Origin: an uncultured delta proteobacterium
Lineage (GTDB): Bacteria > Desulfobacterota > Desulfuromonadia > Geobacterales > Pseudopelobacteraceae
Length of the DNA stretch: 64,000 bases
Assembly: GCA_963772835.1 (NCBI GenBank)
Contig: CAVYYZ010000002.1
Span: 224,001 to 288,000 of the forward strand
Direction: 5' to 3'
Position 1 is the first letter of the stretch. The number at the start of each line of letters is the position of its first letter. This document shows positions 41,403 through 51,123 of the stretch, in pieces. The notes under the pieces are model-generated. The model had not been told where the DNA came from and ran no database searches. It saw only the letters and a program-made list of their open reading frames with translations. The position numbers were made by a program, and so were the translations under genes.

Positions 41403-42488
41403 ATGGACTTTAAATTCAGTAAAGATTCGGACGACATCCAGGAACACGAAGCGTCCGGAGAAAAAAAGAAGCAGAGTGCTCTGCTTGCCCTTCTGCTGAT
41501 ATTGGTCGGCGGTTTTACGTACGTCTATTTTTTCACCGGACTGATCAAGCCTCAGGAATCTCAGAAAACTGCCGACGCACCGGCTCCCGTAGCGCAGATT
41601 GTGAAAATTCCGCTTCCGGCCCGCGAGGGCGAACCGGCAAAGCCGGCTGAAAAAGTACCGGCAGGCTCCGAGGAGCAGAAAATACCAAACGCTACTCCTG
41701 AAGCAGTAAAAATCCCGGCCGCAAAGCCGGTTATTTCACCTGCAAAGCCTTCAGCAGCCTCAGCTGCTCCAACTTCGTCAACTCCGACTGAAGAATCGAA
41801 AAAGACAGAGGCCGCAGTACACCCAGGCAAGCAGCCACTTCCGATGCGAGCTGCAGATAAAAAGGGAGCGGCCGGTGCTGTTGCCAAATCAGAACCGAAA
41901 AAACCTGCCGCGGAGACAAAGAAGCCGGCCGTGGCAGAGAACAAAATCACAGCAGCTGCACCTGCTGTAAAGAAGCCGGTTCCAGCCGGTCATGCTACAG
42001 CGAAACCTGTTGTAAAGAACAGCAGAGTCGTACCTGAAACGTGGTCACTTATAGTAGGCAATTACGTCCTTGAAGAGGCTCTCTCATCCGACATGGGACG
42101 CGTGCGGAAAGCCGGTTTTAAACCGGTTGTCAAACCCTCGGAACGCAAAAAAACAACCATGAACCGGCTGTTCGTATCGGAATATAAAGACCGGGCAACA
42201 GCCCAGTCAACCATGGGAATGCTGAAACGTTATACTTCCGATGTTTTTATTATTGAGCAGGGAGGGCGTTTTGCCGTATATGCCGGGTCATATTTGCAAA
42301 ATGAAGCAGCGAACTCAGAAATAGAACGCTTGAGGACTGCCGGCATCACAGCAACCTTGAGACAGGTCACTATTGCGATTCCATCCCAGAGTCTGTCAAT
42401 TGGCCCATTCAAAAACAAAAAGGATGCAGATGCTGCACGAAGCAGGCTCAAGAATGCTGGAATAAAATCTATCGTTTCACAGAAATAG
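41403..42488 (+). CDS. Membrane-anchored SPOR-domain protein
   Basis: One TM, long Pro/Ala/Lys linker, C-terminal repeats such as IGPFKNKKDA. Confidence 0.8.
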   Translation: MDFKFSKDSDDIQEHEASGEKKKQSALLALLLILVGGFTYVYFFTGLIKPQESQKTADAPAPVAQIVKIPLPAREGEPAKPAEKVPAGSEEQKIPNATPEAVKIPAAKPVISPAKPSAASAAPTSSTPTEESKKTEAAVHPGKQPLPMRAADKKGAAGAVAKSEPKKPAAETKKPAVAENKITAAAPAVKKPVPAGHATAKPVVKNSRVVPETWSLIVGNYVLEEALSSDMGRVRKAGFKPVVKPSERKKTTMNRLFVSEYKDRATAQSTMGMLKRYTSDVFIIEQGGRFAVYAGSYLQNEAANSEIERLRTAGITATLRQVTIAIPSQSLSIGPFKNKKDADAARSRLKNAGIKSIVSQK

Positions 42489-42494
42489 CTTCAG

Positions 42495-43322
42495 ATGGCC
42501 GAAAAAGTAAAATTATCCATATCTCCGTCTGTTGCGGCGTACGTGCGGCCTGGCACTCCTCTGGAGACCAGACTTACCGCCTGCTCTGCTGCTGTGGACA
42601 TGGAAATACCCGACCAGCTGATGCTTTTGTTCTGTCTCTCAAAAGATGCAGAACCAGCTGTCCGCGCGGCAGCATTCTCCTGTATTGAGAAGCTGTCCCG
42701 AGACGTAATCATCGCGTATATAAATTCTGCTCATCCACATCCTCTTGTTCTCGATGCCCTGCGTGCTCTCTGCCATAATTTCCCAGAGCCACTCCCGGAT
42801 GTTCACATGTCCGTAATCGAGAATACGGATGTTCGGATAACAGTGGCGGACCAGACCGTCCAGGATACAGAGGCTGAAGAAGAGGACGTCGTTAATGAAG
42901 AAGGCGAGGAATTTCTCAGTAAATATAAAATGGCTCAACTTATGGGCATCGGTGAAAAGATCAAGATGGCGCTTTCAGGAGATAAAGAGTGGCGCTCACT
43001 TCTTGTGAAGGATGCAAACAAGCTGGTTTCAGGCAGTGTCATTAAAAACCCGCGAATCACCGAGGCCGAAATTCTGACGCTTATCAAAGCCGGCATCCAG
43101 AATGATGAGATCATGCGGCTGATCTGTGCCAACAAGGAATGGATAAAGAGCTATAAAATAAGAAAAGCTCTGATCGAGAGCAACCGGACTCTGGTTCAGA
43201 ACTCCACCCGTTATCTGGGCACTATGACTGAAAAGGATCTGGCATATTTTGCAAAAAGCAAAAATATTCCTTCAGTTATATCTACCATGGCAAAACGGCT
43301 TCTGTTAAACAAGAAAAGGTAG
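42495..43322 (+). CDS. Conserved hypothetical helical-repeat protein
   Basis: EKIKMALSGDKEWRSLLVKD and VIKNPRITEAE blocks; acidic linker; closely spaced in an operon. Confidence 0.7.
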   Translation: MAEKVKLSISPSVAAYVRPGTPLETRLTACSAAVDMEIPDQLMLLFCLSKDAEPAVRAAAFSCIEKLSRDVIIAYINSAHPHPLVLDALRALCHNFPEPLPDVHMSVIENTDVRITVADQTVQDTEAEEEDVVNEEGEEFLSKYKMAQLMGIGEKIKMALSGDKEWRSLLVKDANKLVSGSVIKNPRITEAEILTLIKAGIQNDEIMRLICANKEWIKSYKIRKALIESNRTLVQNSTRYLGTMTEKDLAYFAKSKNIPSVISTMAKRLLLNKKR

Positions 43323-43336
43323 GTCAGGAGCTCGTC

Positions 43337-44194
43337 ATGGCACTCGTCAACCATGCTAAAAAAGAAATCAACGCAAAAATAGTTTATTACGGAACGGCTG
43401 GCTGCGGCAAAAATACCGCTCTCACGTATATTTATTCTAGAATAAAACCTTCTTTGCGGGGAGATTTACGAAATAGTCCTGCCGGAGAAGACAATCTGCT
43501 GTTCTTTGATTTCAGCCCGTTTGAAACCCCTCTGCCGAACGGGTATCGCGTCCGTCTGCATGTCTACACGCTGACCGGAAAGGTTACCAATCCGGCAACC
43601 TGGAAGATGACCCTCAAAGGAGCAGACGGAATTATGATTATGGTTAATCCGGCTGCTGAGCTCGAAGCTGAAACCGGAGAGGGTGTATCACAATTGCGGG
43701 ATTTTCTGTCTGCATATGGAGTCGGTCTTCACGAGACACCGGCAGTCCTGCAGGTTAACAGCTTTACCATAGGAAATATGCCGGATGAAGGTGCTGGCAT
43801 CGCGACAGCACTTGATCTTACCAACCTGACAACATGTCACTCGAATTCCGCCTGCGGTGACGGGCTGCTTGAGGCTTTGGCGAAACTTTCTCGCCTCGTT
43901 CTTGACCGGATTACGGTGGAGCGGGATCACTGTCAAGCGGACAGCGTACCCGATAACCATCGGCTAGAAACTGAGACGGCAGAAATGGTGTGTGATGAAT
44001 TTTCAGCAGATTCCAATGACATGTCTCACCCTGAAGAGGTACCAAGAGTGGACTTGATCTCACGAGAAGTAGTCTCAGTAGGCAGAACCATTCGCATCCC
44101 GCTGGAAATAACACAGGGCGGCACACTGCGGAGACTGGTTGTATCTGTGTGTGTGGAACTGGAGCAGCCTGCTGAACTGGCACCAGCAGATTAG
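43337..44194 (+). CDS. MglA-like small GTPase-domain protein with degenerate motifs
   Basis: KEINAKIVYYG, LFFDF, LKGADGI; P-loop GTAGCGKN; C-terminal extension. Confidence 0.78.
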   Translation: MALVNHAKKEINAKIVYYGTAGCGKNTALTYIYSRIKPSLRGDLRNSPAGEDNLLFFDFSPFETPLPNGYRVRLHVYTLTGKVTNPATWKMTLKGADGIMIMVNPAAELEAETGEGVSQLRDFLSAYGVGLHETPAVLQVNSFTIGNMPDEGAGIATALDLTNLTTCHSNSACGDGLLEALAKLSRLVLDRITVERDHCQADSVPDNHRLETETAEMVCDEFSADSNDMSHPEEVPRVDLISREVVSVGRTIRIPLEITQGGTLRRLVVSVCVELEQPAELAPAD

Positions 44195-44306
44195 CACCGG
44201 AACCGGCACGACACAATTGTCGACCACACTATCACGATCAACTTGTACACATAAATTTTACATGCTATAAACGACGTTATTGATCAGTTTTATTGGAGGT
44301 TGAATA

Positions 44307-45137
44307 ATGGCAATTATCACCGTATCGCGTGCAATGGGCACAGGAGCCTATCAGATTGCCCAGGAGGTTGCCCAGAAGCTTAAATACACCCTCATTGACG
44401 GCCCACGGATAAAATCATTGGCAGCCAAATACGGCTTGACTCCGGAAATTCTTCAAATGGTTGATGAAAAGCCACCTTCCTACGTCACGGCAGAGGATCG
44501 CAAGCGCGCAGCAGCACTAAATTCAATTGAATTGATAATTCTTGATCTCGCCCGTAAAGGAAATGTCGTTATTTATGGACGGGGGGGACAGGACTTGCTG
44601 AAAGAGTGCAAAAACATTCTTCGCCTCAGGTTTATAGCTGATTTTGAAGAACGGGTGGAGCGTTTTGCCGAGCGTGAGTGGATTGACCCTGATATGGCCC
44701 GGTCGCTGATCCGTCGCAGTGATCACCAACGGGGCGGTTTCATTCATTTTTATTTTGATCGTGACTGGAATGATCCAAATTATTATGACTTGACTTTTAA
44801 CACCTCCCGTCTTTCGCAGTCTACGATTGTTGACTGTATTATCACAACGATCAAAGAGCCAGCAATTAAAGAGTCTGATAAATCAGCCGCCGCCGTCATT
44901 GACAGCGTAATACTGTCAAAGAAGATCGATACAGCGCTTCTGAACGCCGCTGTTTTGGAAGACTACCGACCTTTTTCAATTTCAAGTGACAAGGGTGTTG
45001 TGTCTATCAGCGGCTATATCGTTTCTGAGGAGCAGAAAAAAGCGGCAATTGCGATTATAAAATCAGTCAAAGGAGTAACCTCGATTAAAGAGGATATTCA
45101 TGTTGTAGATTACAAGGCCTACAAAGAAAAGATGTAA
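44307..45137 (+). CDS. Cytidylate-kinase-like family protein with C-terminal BON domain
   Basis: IITVSRAMGTGA, VIYGRGGQ, YDLTFNT; GVVSISG...VKGVTSI. Confidence 0.8.
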   Translation: MAIITVSRAMGTGAYQIAQEVAQKLKYTLIDGPRIKSLAAKYGLTPEILQMVDEKPPSYVTAEDRKRAAALNSIELIILDLARKGNVVIYGRGGQDLLKECKNILRLRFIADFEERVERFAEREWIDPDMARSLIRRSDHQRGGFIHFYFDRDWNDPNYYDLTFNTSRLSQSTIVDCIITTIKEPAIKESDKSAAAVIDSVILSKKIDTALLNAAVLEDYRPFSISSDKGVVSISGYIVSEEQKKAAIAIIKSVKGVTSIKEDIHVVDYKAYKEKM

Positions 45138-45141
45138 CTGC

Positions 45142-45996
45142 TTAATTTCTTAAATTATTTAATCGCTCATATATCGGGGCGAGAAGCGCGCTGTCAAAGT
45201 GCATACCTTCTCGCCCCCTTCCAATTTCAAGCCCCCCTTCGATCCCATGAAAATCCGAACCGGCCGTCACCAAAAGTCCTCGCTCCTCTGCGATGCGCCG
45301 CAGAAATTCGATCTCAAGCGGCCATCCCATATTATTATAGACCTCGATGCCGTCAAGCCCTGACTGATGAAGAGCGTATATGACCGGACCGAGCGTAGAC
45401 GTGTCTTTAGTAATGCTGGTCGGGTGGGCAAGTACGGCCACTCCCCCTATGCGATGAATTTCAGCAATCGCATCATCCATCGGCCAGTAGCTTTTGGGAA
45501 TATTACAGGGGACAAGATAGCGCCGAAACGCATCTTCGACAGAGTCGGCGTATCCCCGTTCCAGCAATGCCCGGGCAATATGCGGGCGCCCGACGGCATC
45601 CCGGGCATAAACCAGCACATCCTGAAGGTCCAAAGGGCATCGACCTTCCGCCAGTAACAGGTTATTCACGCGTTCGAGGATCTCGTTGTTACGTCCTTCA
45701 CGACGTTGCCTGAAGCCTTCGAGGTTCTGCAGAAATCTTTCGTCGTCACAGTCGATGCCATACCCAAGCAGATGAACATCCTGCCACTCTTTAAACTGCA
45801 CAGAAAGTTCAACGGCAGAAATAACTTCAATGTTGGCGGCAACGCCGGCTGATGCCGCCTCCGCAACGCCGGCTACCGAATCGTGGTCAGCAATGGCAAT
45901 GACGCGCACATCAAGTTGGTCGGCCAGTCCGACAAGTTCTGAGGGAGTAAAAGCTCCGTCGGAAAAACTGGAGTGTAAATGCAGGTCGATTTTCAT
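45142..45996 (-). CDS. PHP-domain phosphoesterase
   Basis: DLHLHSSFSDG, ADHD, HLLGY, LAHP, GSDFHG. Confidence 0.9.
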   Translation of the reverse strand: MKIDLHLHSSFSDGAFTPSELVGLADQLDVRVIAIADHDSVAGVAEAASAGVAANIEVISAVELSVQFKEWQDVHLLGYGIDCDDERFLQNLEGFRQRREGRNNEILERVNNLLLAEGRCPLDLQDVLVYARDAVGRPHIARALLERGYADSVEDAFRRYLVPCNIPKSYWPMDDAIAEIHRIGGVAVLAHPTSITKDTSTLGPVIYALHQSGLDGIEVYNNMGWPLEIEFLRRIAEERGLLVTAGSDFHGIEGGLEIGRGREGMHFDSALLAPIYERLNNLRN

Positions 45997-46075
45997 GATG
46001 CCTATACTAGCCCGCCGTGAGATAAAAGTAAAACCGCTATTGCAGAGAAACCCCGCATAGGGTAGAATTCTGACA

Positions 46076-46732
46076 ATGAAACCCGCTGAAATACATATTG
46101 TTATCGCGACATTGCGAGAGGAATATAAACACTGGAAGACTCCGGCAGTAACTATCGTTGCCCAGTGTAACGGCAGTCCATTCAAGGTCCTGATTTCCTG
46201 TATCATCTCGTTACGTACGAAAGATGAAGTTACGGCCCTGGCTTCTGCACGGATTTTTGCGCGGGCAGAGACTCCTGAAACAGTAGCAGGACTACCGGTG
46301 GAGGAGATATCACAACTGATCTACCCGGCCGGTTTTTACCGTACCAAAGCGTTACAAATCGCCATGTTATCCCGCAGGCTGGTAGAAGAGCATCATGGAA
46401 CCGTACCGGACACCATTGATGAACTGCTTGAATTTAAGGGTGTCGGGCGTAAAACCGCCAATCTTGTCATGACTCTTGGCTTTGGCAGACCGGGGATTTG
46501 TGTCGATACCCACGTCCACCGGATTTGTAACCGCCTCGGTTATGTTTCAACCAATAAACCGGATGACACCGAAAAGGTGTTACGGGGTCAGCTCCCGCCA
46601 GAATACTGGATCGAGATAAACGACCTGCTAGTTGCATTCGGGCAGAATCATTGCCACCCGGTTTCGCCGCGTTGTTCGAACTGCAGATTATCTGAAATAT
46701 GTAGCCGGGTCGGTGTCACCGGGTCCCGCTGA
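46076..46732 (+). CDS. nth: Endonuclease III
   Basis: GVGRKTAN, VDTHVHR, C-x6-C-x2-C-x5-C Fe-S motif. Confidence 0.93.
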   Translation: MKPAEIHIVIATLREEYKHWKTPAVTIVAQCNGSPFKVLISCIISLRTKDEVTALASARIFARAETPETVAGLPVEEISQLIYPAGFYRTKALQIAMLSRRLVEEHHGTVPDTIDELLEFKGVGRKTANLVMTLGFGRPGICVDTHVHRICNRLGYVSTNKPDDTEKVLRGQLPPEYWIEINDLLVAFGQNHCHPVSPRCSNCRLSEICSRVGVTGSR

Positions 46733-46841
46733 GGCAAAACAGACAAAATATCGTATCATTGTATTTGATCATTGCCAGTTGATAAAAACTCATATAAATT
46801 GAAACATTATTTTTAATTCAACCGCCTCCAGGAGGTATTGC

Positions 46842-47708
46842 ATGTTGCATAAAATCGGTTTTATCGGGCTTGGTACTGTTGGACGCCATATGGCTGCCAA
46901 CCTGATCAGGGGGAATTATGAACTGACCGTATTTGATACCGAACTTGCGGTCGTACAGGAATTGGTTGCGGCGGGTGCCAAGCCGGCTTCTTCTGCACTC
47001 GAAGCAGCGAAGGGGCGTGACCTTGTAATTGCAATCGTTCCCGAAGGTGATGAACTGGGGGCTCTTTTTTTTGGCGACAAAGGCATTCTGGCCGGAATAG
47101 ACAGCGGAACAATCCTCGCCGATATGGGGTCTCATTCTCTTGAAACCACGATGAAAATGTCAGAAGAATGCATTCGGAAAAACGTTTCGTACCTGGATGC
47201 TCCGGTGTGGGGCAGCAAGGACCACGCTGTTAACGGACTCATGACAATAATCACAGCAGGTGATCCGTCTTTGGCCGGGAAATGCCGTGAACCGTTTTCT
47301 TTTTTCGGACTTAATACGATCCACGTCGGCCAGATCGGCGATGCCACCAAAATGAAATTTATCGTTAATATGGTCCAGGCCGAATTGGTACAGGTGCTTG
47401 CAGAGGGCCTTGTGTTTGGCGAAAAAATGGGATTTAACGCCGATAAAATTCTGGAAGTACTCGATACTAGGGGTGTCGCATCACCACTGTTCCATCAGAA
47501 GGGGCGCGCGATGGCCCGTGATGACTTTCCTCGCAGCCTGGCCCTCAAATATGTCAATGACCAACTGCATATTGTCCTGAATGCAGCCCGGCTCGTCGGC
47601 ATGACCCTGCCGGCAGCTGAATCGGCCAGCAAGGTGTACCAGGCGGGAGTTGATGCCGGCTATGGAGAAGAGGATTACTCAGCGGTCATAAAAGTTCTGC
47701 GTAAGTAG
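46842..47708 (+). CDS. Beta-hydroxyacid dehydrogenase family NAD(P)-dependent oxidoreductase
   Basis: GFIGLGTVG, LDAPVWG, KFIVN. Confidence 0.9.
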   Translation: MLHKIGFIGLGTVGRHMAANLIRGNYELTVFDTELAVVQELVAAGAKPASSALEAAKGRDLVIAIVPEGDELGALFFGDKGILAGIDSGTILADMGSHSLETTMKMSEECIRKNVSYLDAPVWGSKDHAVNGLMTIITAGDPSLAGKCREPFSFFGLNTIHVGQIGDATKMKFIVNMVQAELVQVLAEGLVFGEKMGFNADKILEVLDTRGVASPLFHQKGRAMARDDFPRSLALKYVNDQLHIVLNAARLVGMTLPAAESASKVYQAGVDAGYGEEDYSAVIKVLRK

Positions 47709-47732
47709 GAGCCTAACGGAAAGTATCCTCAT

Positions 47733-47767
47733 CAGGCGTCCAGAGTACTGGACGCCTGTTTTTATTA
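47733..47767 (+). terminator. Rho-independent terminator
   Basis: CAGGCGTCCAG-agta-CTGGACGCCTG followed by TTTTTATT. Confidence 0.85.
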
Positions 47768-47814
47768 GTGGCGAATAGACCTATTTATTGCAGTCAGGGT
47801 AAAGGAATAATTCC

Positions 47815-48345
47815 ATGATTGTCCTTGGCATAGATCCCGGTTCACGCATTACAGGATACGGCATCGTAGAAAAAGTGGGTAATCGCCTGGTTCACATTGA
47901 CAATGGCGCCATTTTTACTGATACAGCCGCCGATTTTCCAGGACGGTTGAAAAAGATATATGATGGACTTACGGAAATTATCTCACGGTATCGGCCGGAT
48001 CAGGCTGCCATTGAAAATATTTTTTTTTCAAACAATCCCCAGAGCGCACTCAAGCTTGGGCAGGCTCGTGGTGCCGCCATTGTTGCGGCGGTTAATTGCG
48101 GGCTCCCCGTATCCGAATACACCGCCCTGCAGGTCAAACAGGCCGTAGTGGGACAGGGGCGGGCAGAAAAAGAGCAGGTACAGAAGATGCTCAAGGCATT
48201 GCTCGGATTGCCTGAAATCGCACAGGCAGATGCATCTGACGCTCTTGCAGTGGCGGTCTGCCATATCAATTCCCATGCACTTCTTCAGCAAGCAGGCCCT
48301 GCTGCCCCGAAACGACAGACTTCCTGGAGGAATTACAAACCATGA
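47815..48345 (+). CDS. ruvC: Holliday junction resolvase RuvC
   Basis: [22 protein letters not shown]. Confidence 0.96.
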   Translation: MIVLGIDPGSRITGYGIVEKVGNRLVHIDNGAIFTDTAADFPGRLKKIYDGLTEIISRYRPDQAAIENIFFSNNPQSALKLGQARGAAIVAAVNCGLPVSEYTALQVKQAVVGQGRAEKEQVQKMLKALLGLPEIAQADASDALAVAVCHINSHALLQQAGPAAPKRQTSWRNYKP

Positions 48346-48938
48346 TCGCATTACTGACCGGAAAAATCGCTCATAAATCGCCCGACCATATTATCGTTGA
48401 TGTTAACGGGGTAGGCTATCGTGTCATGATACCGTTTTCCACCTATTACGAACTGCCCGAGGATGGCGAGGTGACACTGCATATCCATACCAGCGTGCGC
48501 GAAGATGCCATTCAGCTGTATGGCTTCCGTACCAGGCTGGAAAAGACATTCTTTCAACTGCTCATTTCCGTGTCCGGTGTCGGACCCAAACTGGCCCGCG
48601 ACATTCTTTCAAACATCCAGCCGGTTGCATTGGCACAGGCACTTGGCACAAGTGATATACTCAAGCTTTCTTCCATCCCCGGAATCGGCAAGAAGACTGC
48701 GGAACGCCTGACTCTCGAGCTGAAGGACAAAATCGGCACGTTGGATATCTCTTCTCTGCCACAGACGGACGCCCGCAGCATCCCGAATGTAGATATTATA
48801 GATGATGTGATTTCGGCTCTGATTAACCTGGGGTATAAAGAACAGCAGGTAAGAAAGGCGTTGGGAGGATTGGATGCCAGTGGTGGTGCAGGAGTTGAGG
48901 ATCTGTTGAAGCAGGCGCTGAAGATTTTGATGAAGTAA
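48342..48938 (+). CDS. ruvA: Holliday junction branch migration protein RuvA
   Basis: [25 protein letters not shown]. Confidence 0.96.
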   Translation: MIALLTGKIAHKSPDHIIVDVNGVGYRVMIPFSTYYELPEDGEVTLHIHTSVREDAIQLYGFRTRLEKTFFQLLISVSGVGPKLARDILSNIQPVALAQALGTSDILKLSSIPGIGKKTAERLTLELKDKIGTLDISSLPQTDARSIPNVDIIDDVISALINLGYKEQQVRKALGGLDASGGAGVEDLLKQALKILMK

Positions 48939-49013
48939 GGATAAGAATGCTTGGCCAACCCTGTGGCATCCCGGTTGCACCATTATCGACAGATATACCG
49001 TGCCATCCTCATT

Positions 49014-49433
49014 TCAGCGCCACCCGAGCGATTGGAACCCTTTTTCCCGGAGACACTGTTCGACAAATTTTTTGAAAATCGGATCCGGTTCGTCCGAGCG
49101 TATAATACCGGAGCCCAGCGCTGCGGTGGCGGCACCGGCACCGCCAATAATCGCGCCCTGCCGGAGATTGCCGGTAATGGCTCCAATCACCCCCCCTGTG
49201 GCCGTCCCGACAACGGCGGCCTTGCCGGTGTCCTTGGCAACGTCTCTGGACCTATTACCACCAGCCTGGTACTCAGTAGCCAAACGAAAGCAGTCGTCGA
49301 CGGCCTGGTTCGCCATCTCATTTCCAACTGCCTTTAAATGCTCGTTCGGATAGAGAACCGGGCGCTTGGCCCCGCAGCCACTAATAATCAGCGTATAGAC
49401 AAGCAACAGACATCCGATGATGATATTACGCAT
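49014..49433 (-). CDS. Glycine-zipper lipoprotein
   Basis: Lipobox ISGC, GTATGGVIGAITG...GGAGAATAALG, paired Cys; start MRNIIIG with GGAGG. Confidence 0.8.
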   Translation of the reverse strand: MRNIIIGCLLLVYTLIISGCGAKRPVLYPNEHLKAVGNEMANQAVDDCFRLATEYQAGGNRSRDVAKDTGKAAVVGTATGGVIGAITGNLRQGAIIGGAGAATAALGSGIIRSDEPDPIFKKFVEQCLREKGFQSLGWR

Positions 49434-49662
49434 CAGGTTCCCTCCTTGACATACCTCCGAATTATATCTGATATTAAAACTTCTGCAAAGTTTTGCACTC
49501 ACGAGCGATCTTATCGCCACGCCACTAAATGTATGTACTCAAGTAACATCAAAATTAAAATGATATTTTCAGGTGTTATGAAGAGAACTCCCGAATGGGA
49601 TTTGGCAATGGTTCACTCCGGCCCCGACGCAGTGGTGATATGAGCTATGTAACGGTTCCGTC

Positions 49663-49702
49663 AAAAACAAAAAAGGGATTACAGAATGAACTGTAACCCC
49701 TT
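49663..49702 (-). terminator. Terminator after tRNA-Pro
   Basis: Minus strand AAGGGGTTACAG-N6-CTGTAATCCCTT followed by a T-tract. Confidence 0.75.
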
Positions 49703-49710
49703 GAAATGTC

Positions 49711-49787
49711 TGGTCGGTGAGACTGGAATCGAACCAGCGACCCCCTGCTCCCAAGGCAGGTGCGCTACCAGGCTGCGCTACTCACCG
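49711..49787 (-). tRNA. tRNA-Pro(TGG)
   Basis: CGGTGAG/CTCACCG acceptor, CCTGC-CTTGGGA-GCAGG, CCA. Confidence 0.95.
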
Positions 49788-49851
49788 ACGAAAGAATGAC
49801 TGTATATCATGACAGGTCATGTTACGCAAGATATTAATTGCCTGACCGTCA

Positions 49852-51123
49852 TCATTTTTGGTTTACTGAAGCGCGCCACTCCTGTACCAGGGAATCATAG
49901 TTCAAATTATAGTCTTTAAGAGCTACCGTAATCGATTCATCAAAGGAAAGCCCGGACCCCAGACCCGTCAGGATCTGCCTGATCCGGTGCCACCCGTACG
50001 TTGCAACCATGTAGTCGACCAATGCATAACTCTGTTCGTACGCCATCGCCGCATCTGAGGGGGACAAATTGCTGAAATCGCCCTCAAGTTTTCTGAAATC
50101 TGCCAGTGCCCCTGTACGTGCAGTGCGCCCGGAATCCTGCACATGGCGGGTATACTGCATTCGGCCGAAAATTTCGGCAATCCCCTCATTCAGCCAAAGC
50201 GGGCAGTTCCCACGCGTCAACTCGAAGACAACCACATGGGCATACTCATGATAAAGAACACCCCTGATAGCTGGAGTAACATCGTGCAGTGCGCCAAATG
50301 GAAGTCGTATTTTGCCGTCATAGAATCCTCCCGACCAATCGGGAGAATCGGTAACCGTTTTATAATCAGTGCGCTTATAAATGCCAACCGGTATCCGGGA
50401 TTCCGGAAACAGTCCAAGTTCAGCGCCAATCAGATTAGTGGCCGCTTCCAGCACGTCGAGTATCGCACGTGCAAAGGAAGCATCAACTCCGGAATCGTAG
50501 GTGAGATCAAATCGGGAGCTATGACCACGATCCATGACTGACTCAACGGCATTTTCCTTGCGGGATTTTGCGAGAAGGTCGACAATTTCCTTGCGCCCCG
50601 GAGAGAGCGTGAGAGCCTGCTCCCATATTTCAATCGCCTCCGGTCGATGGTCAGTCTCAAACTGGACAAGCCCGAGATAGTAGAGGACCTCGACTGAATC
50701 CTGCTTGATGGACCTCGCCCGCTCAAGTTCATATCGCGCCACGTCATATTTTTTTAAATGGTAGTTACAGATACCTCGCAACAGGGCATATGCAGCTTCC
50801 TCAGGATAGAGCTCAAGGGCCTTGATAAAGTTTTCATCGGCCTGTTCATAGCGCTTCATCATGTAATGCTGGTGACCAAAAGCAGCATACCCTTCAGCCA
50901 GGTTTCGTTTGAGGGTCGTGTTAAGGGGGAATAACAGATACGCTTCCCGCAGTTGCACAATTCCTTTTTCATATTCTCCGCGCATCAGCAGCTCACGGCC
51001 ATAGCCGCTTCGCATGACCGGGTCACTGTCAATCGTCTCTGCGGAAGCAGTGGACAACATCAGCATTACGATGCAGAAGACAGTGCAGAGATATCTAAGA
51101 ATATACCGGGGGTAAATTGTCAT
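49852..51123 (-). CDS. Exported TPR protein with peptidase MA-like (gluzincin) domain
   Basis: Signal peptide, TPR repeats, HEYAH and WLNEGIAE; overlaps the dxs stop. Confidence 0.85.
   Translation of the reverse strand: MTIYPRYILRYLCTVFCIVMLMLSTASAETIDSDPVMRSGYGRELLMRGEYEKGIVQLREAYLLFPLNTTLKRNLAEGYAAFGHQHYMMKRYEQADENFIKALELYPEEAAYALLRGICNYHLKKYDVARYELERARSIKQDSVEVLYYLGLVQFETDHRPEAIEIWEQALTLSPGRKEIVDLLAKSRKENAVESVMDRGHSSRFDLTYDSGVDASFARAILDVLEAATNLIGAELGLFPESRIPVGIYKRTDYKTVTDSPDWSGGFYDGKIRLPFGALHDVTPAIRGVLYHEYAHVVVFELTRGNCPLWLNEGIAEIFGRMQYTRHVQDSGRTARTGALADFRKLEGDFSNLSPSDAAMAYEQSYALVDYMVATYGWHRIRQILTGLGSGLSFDESITVALKDYNLNYDSLVQEWRASVNQK

Noticed and set aside
49440..49710. Integrative element or att site at tRNA-Pro (also checked by eye at tRNA-Cys and tRNA-Val)
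   Set aside because: No integrase and no duplicated tRNA 3' end seen in the window
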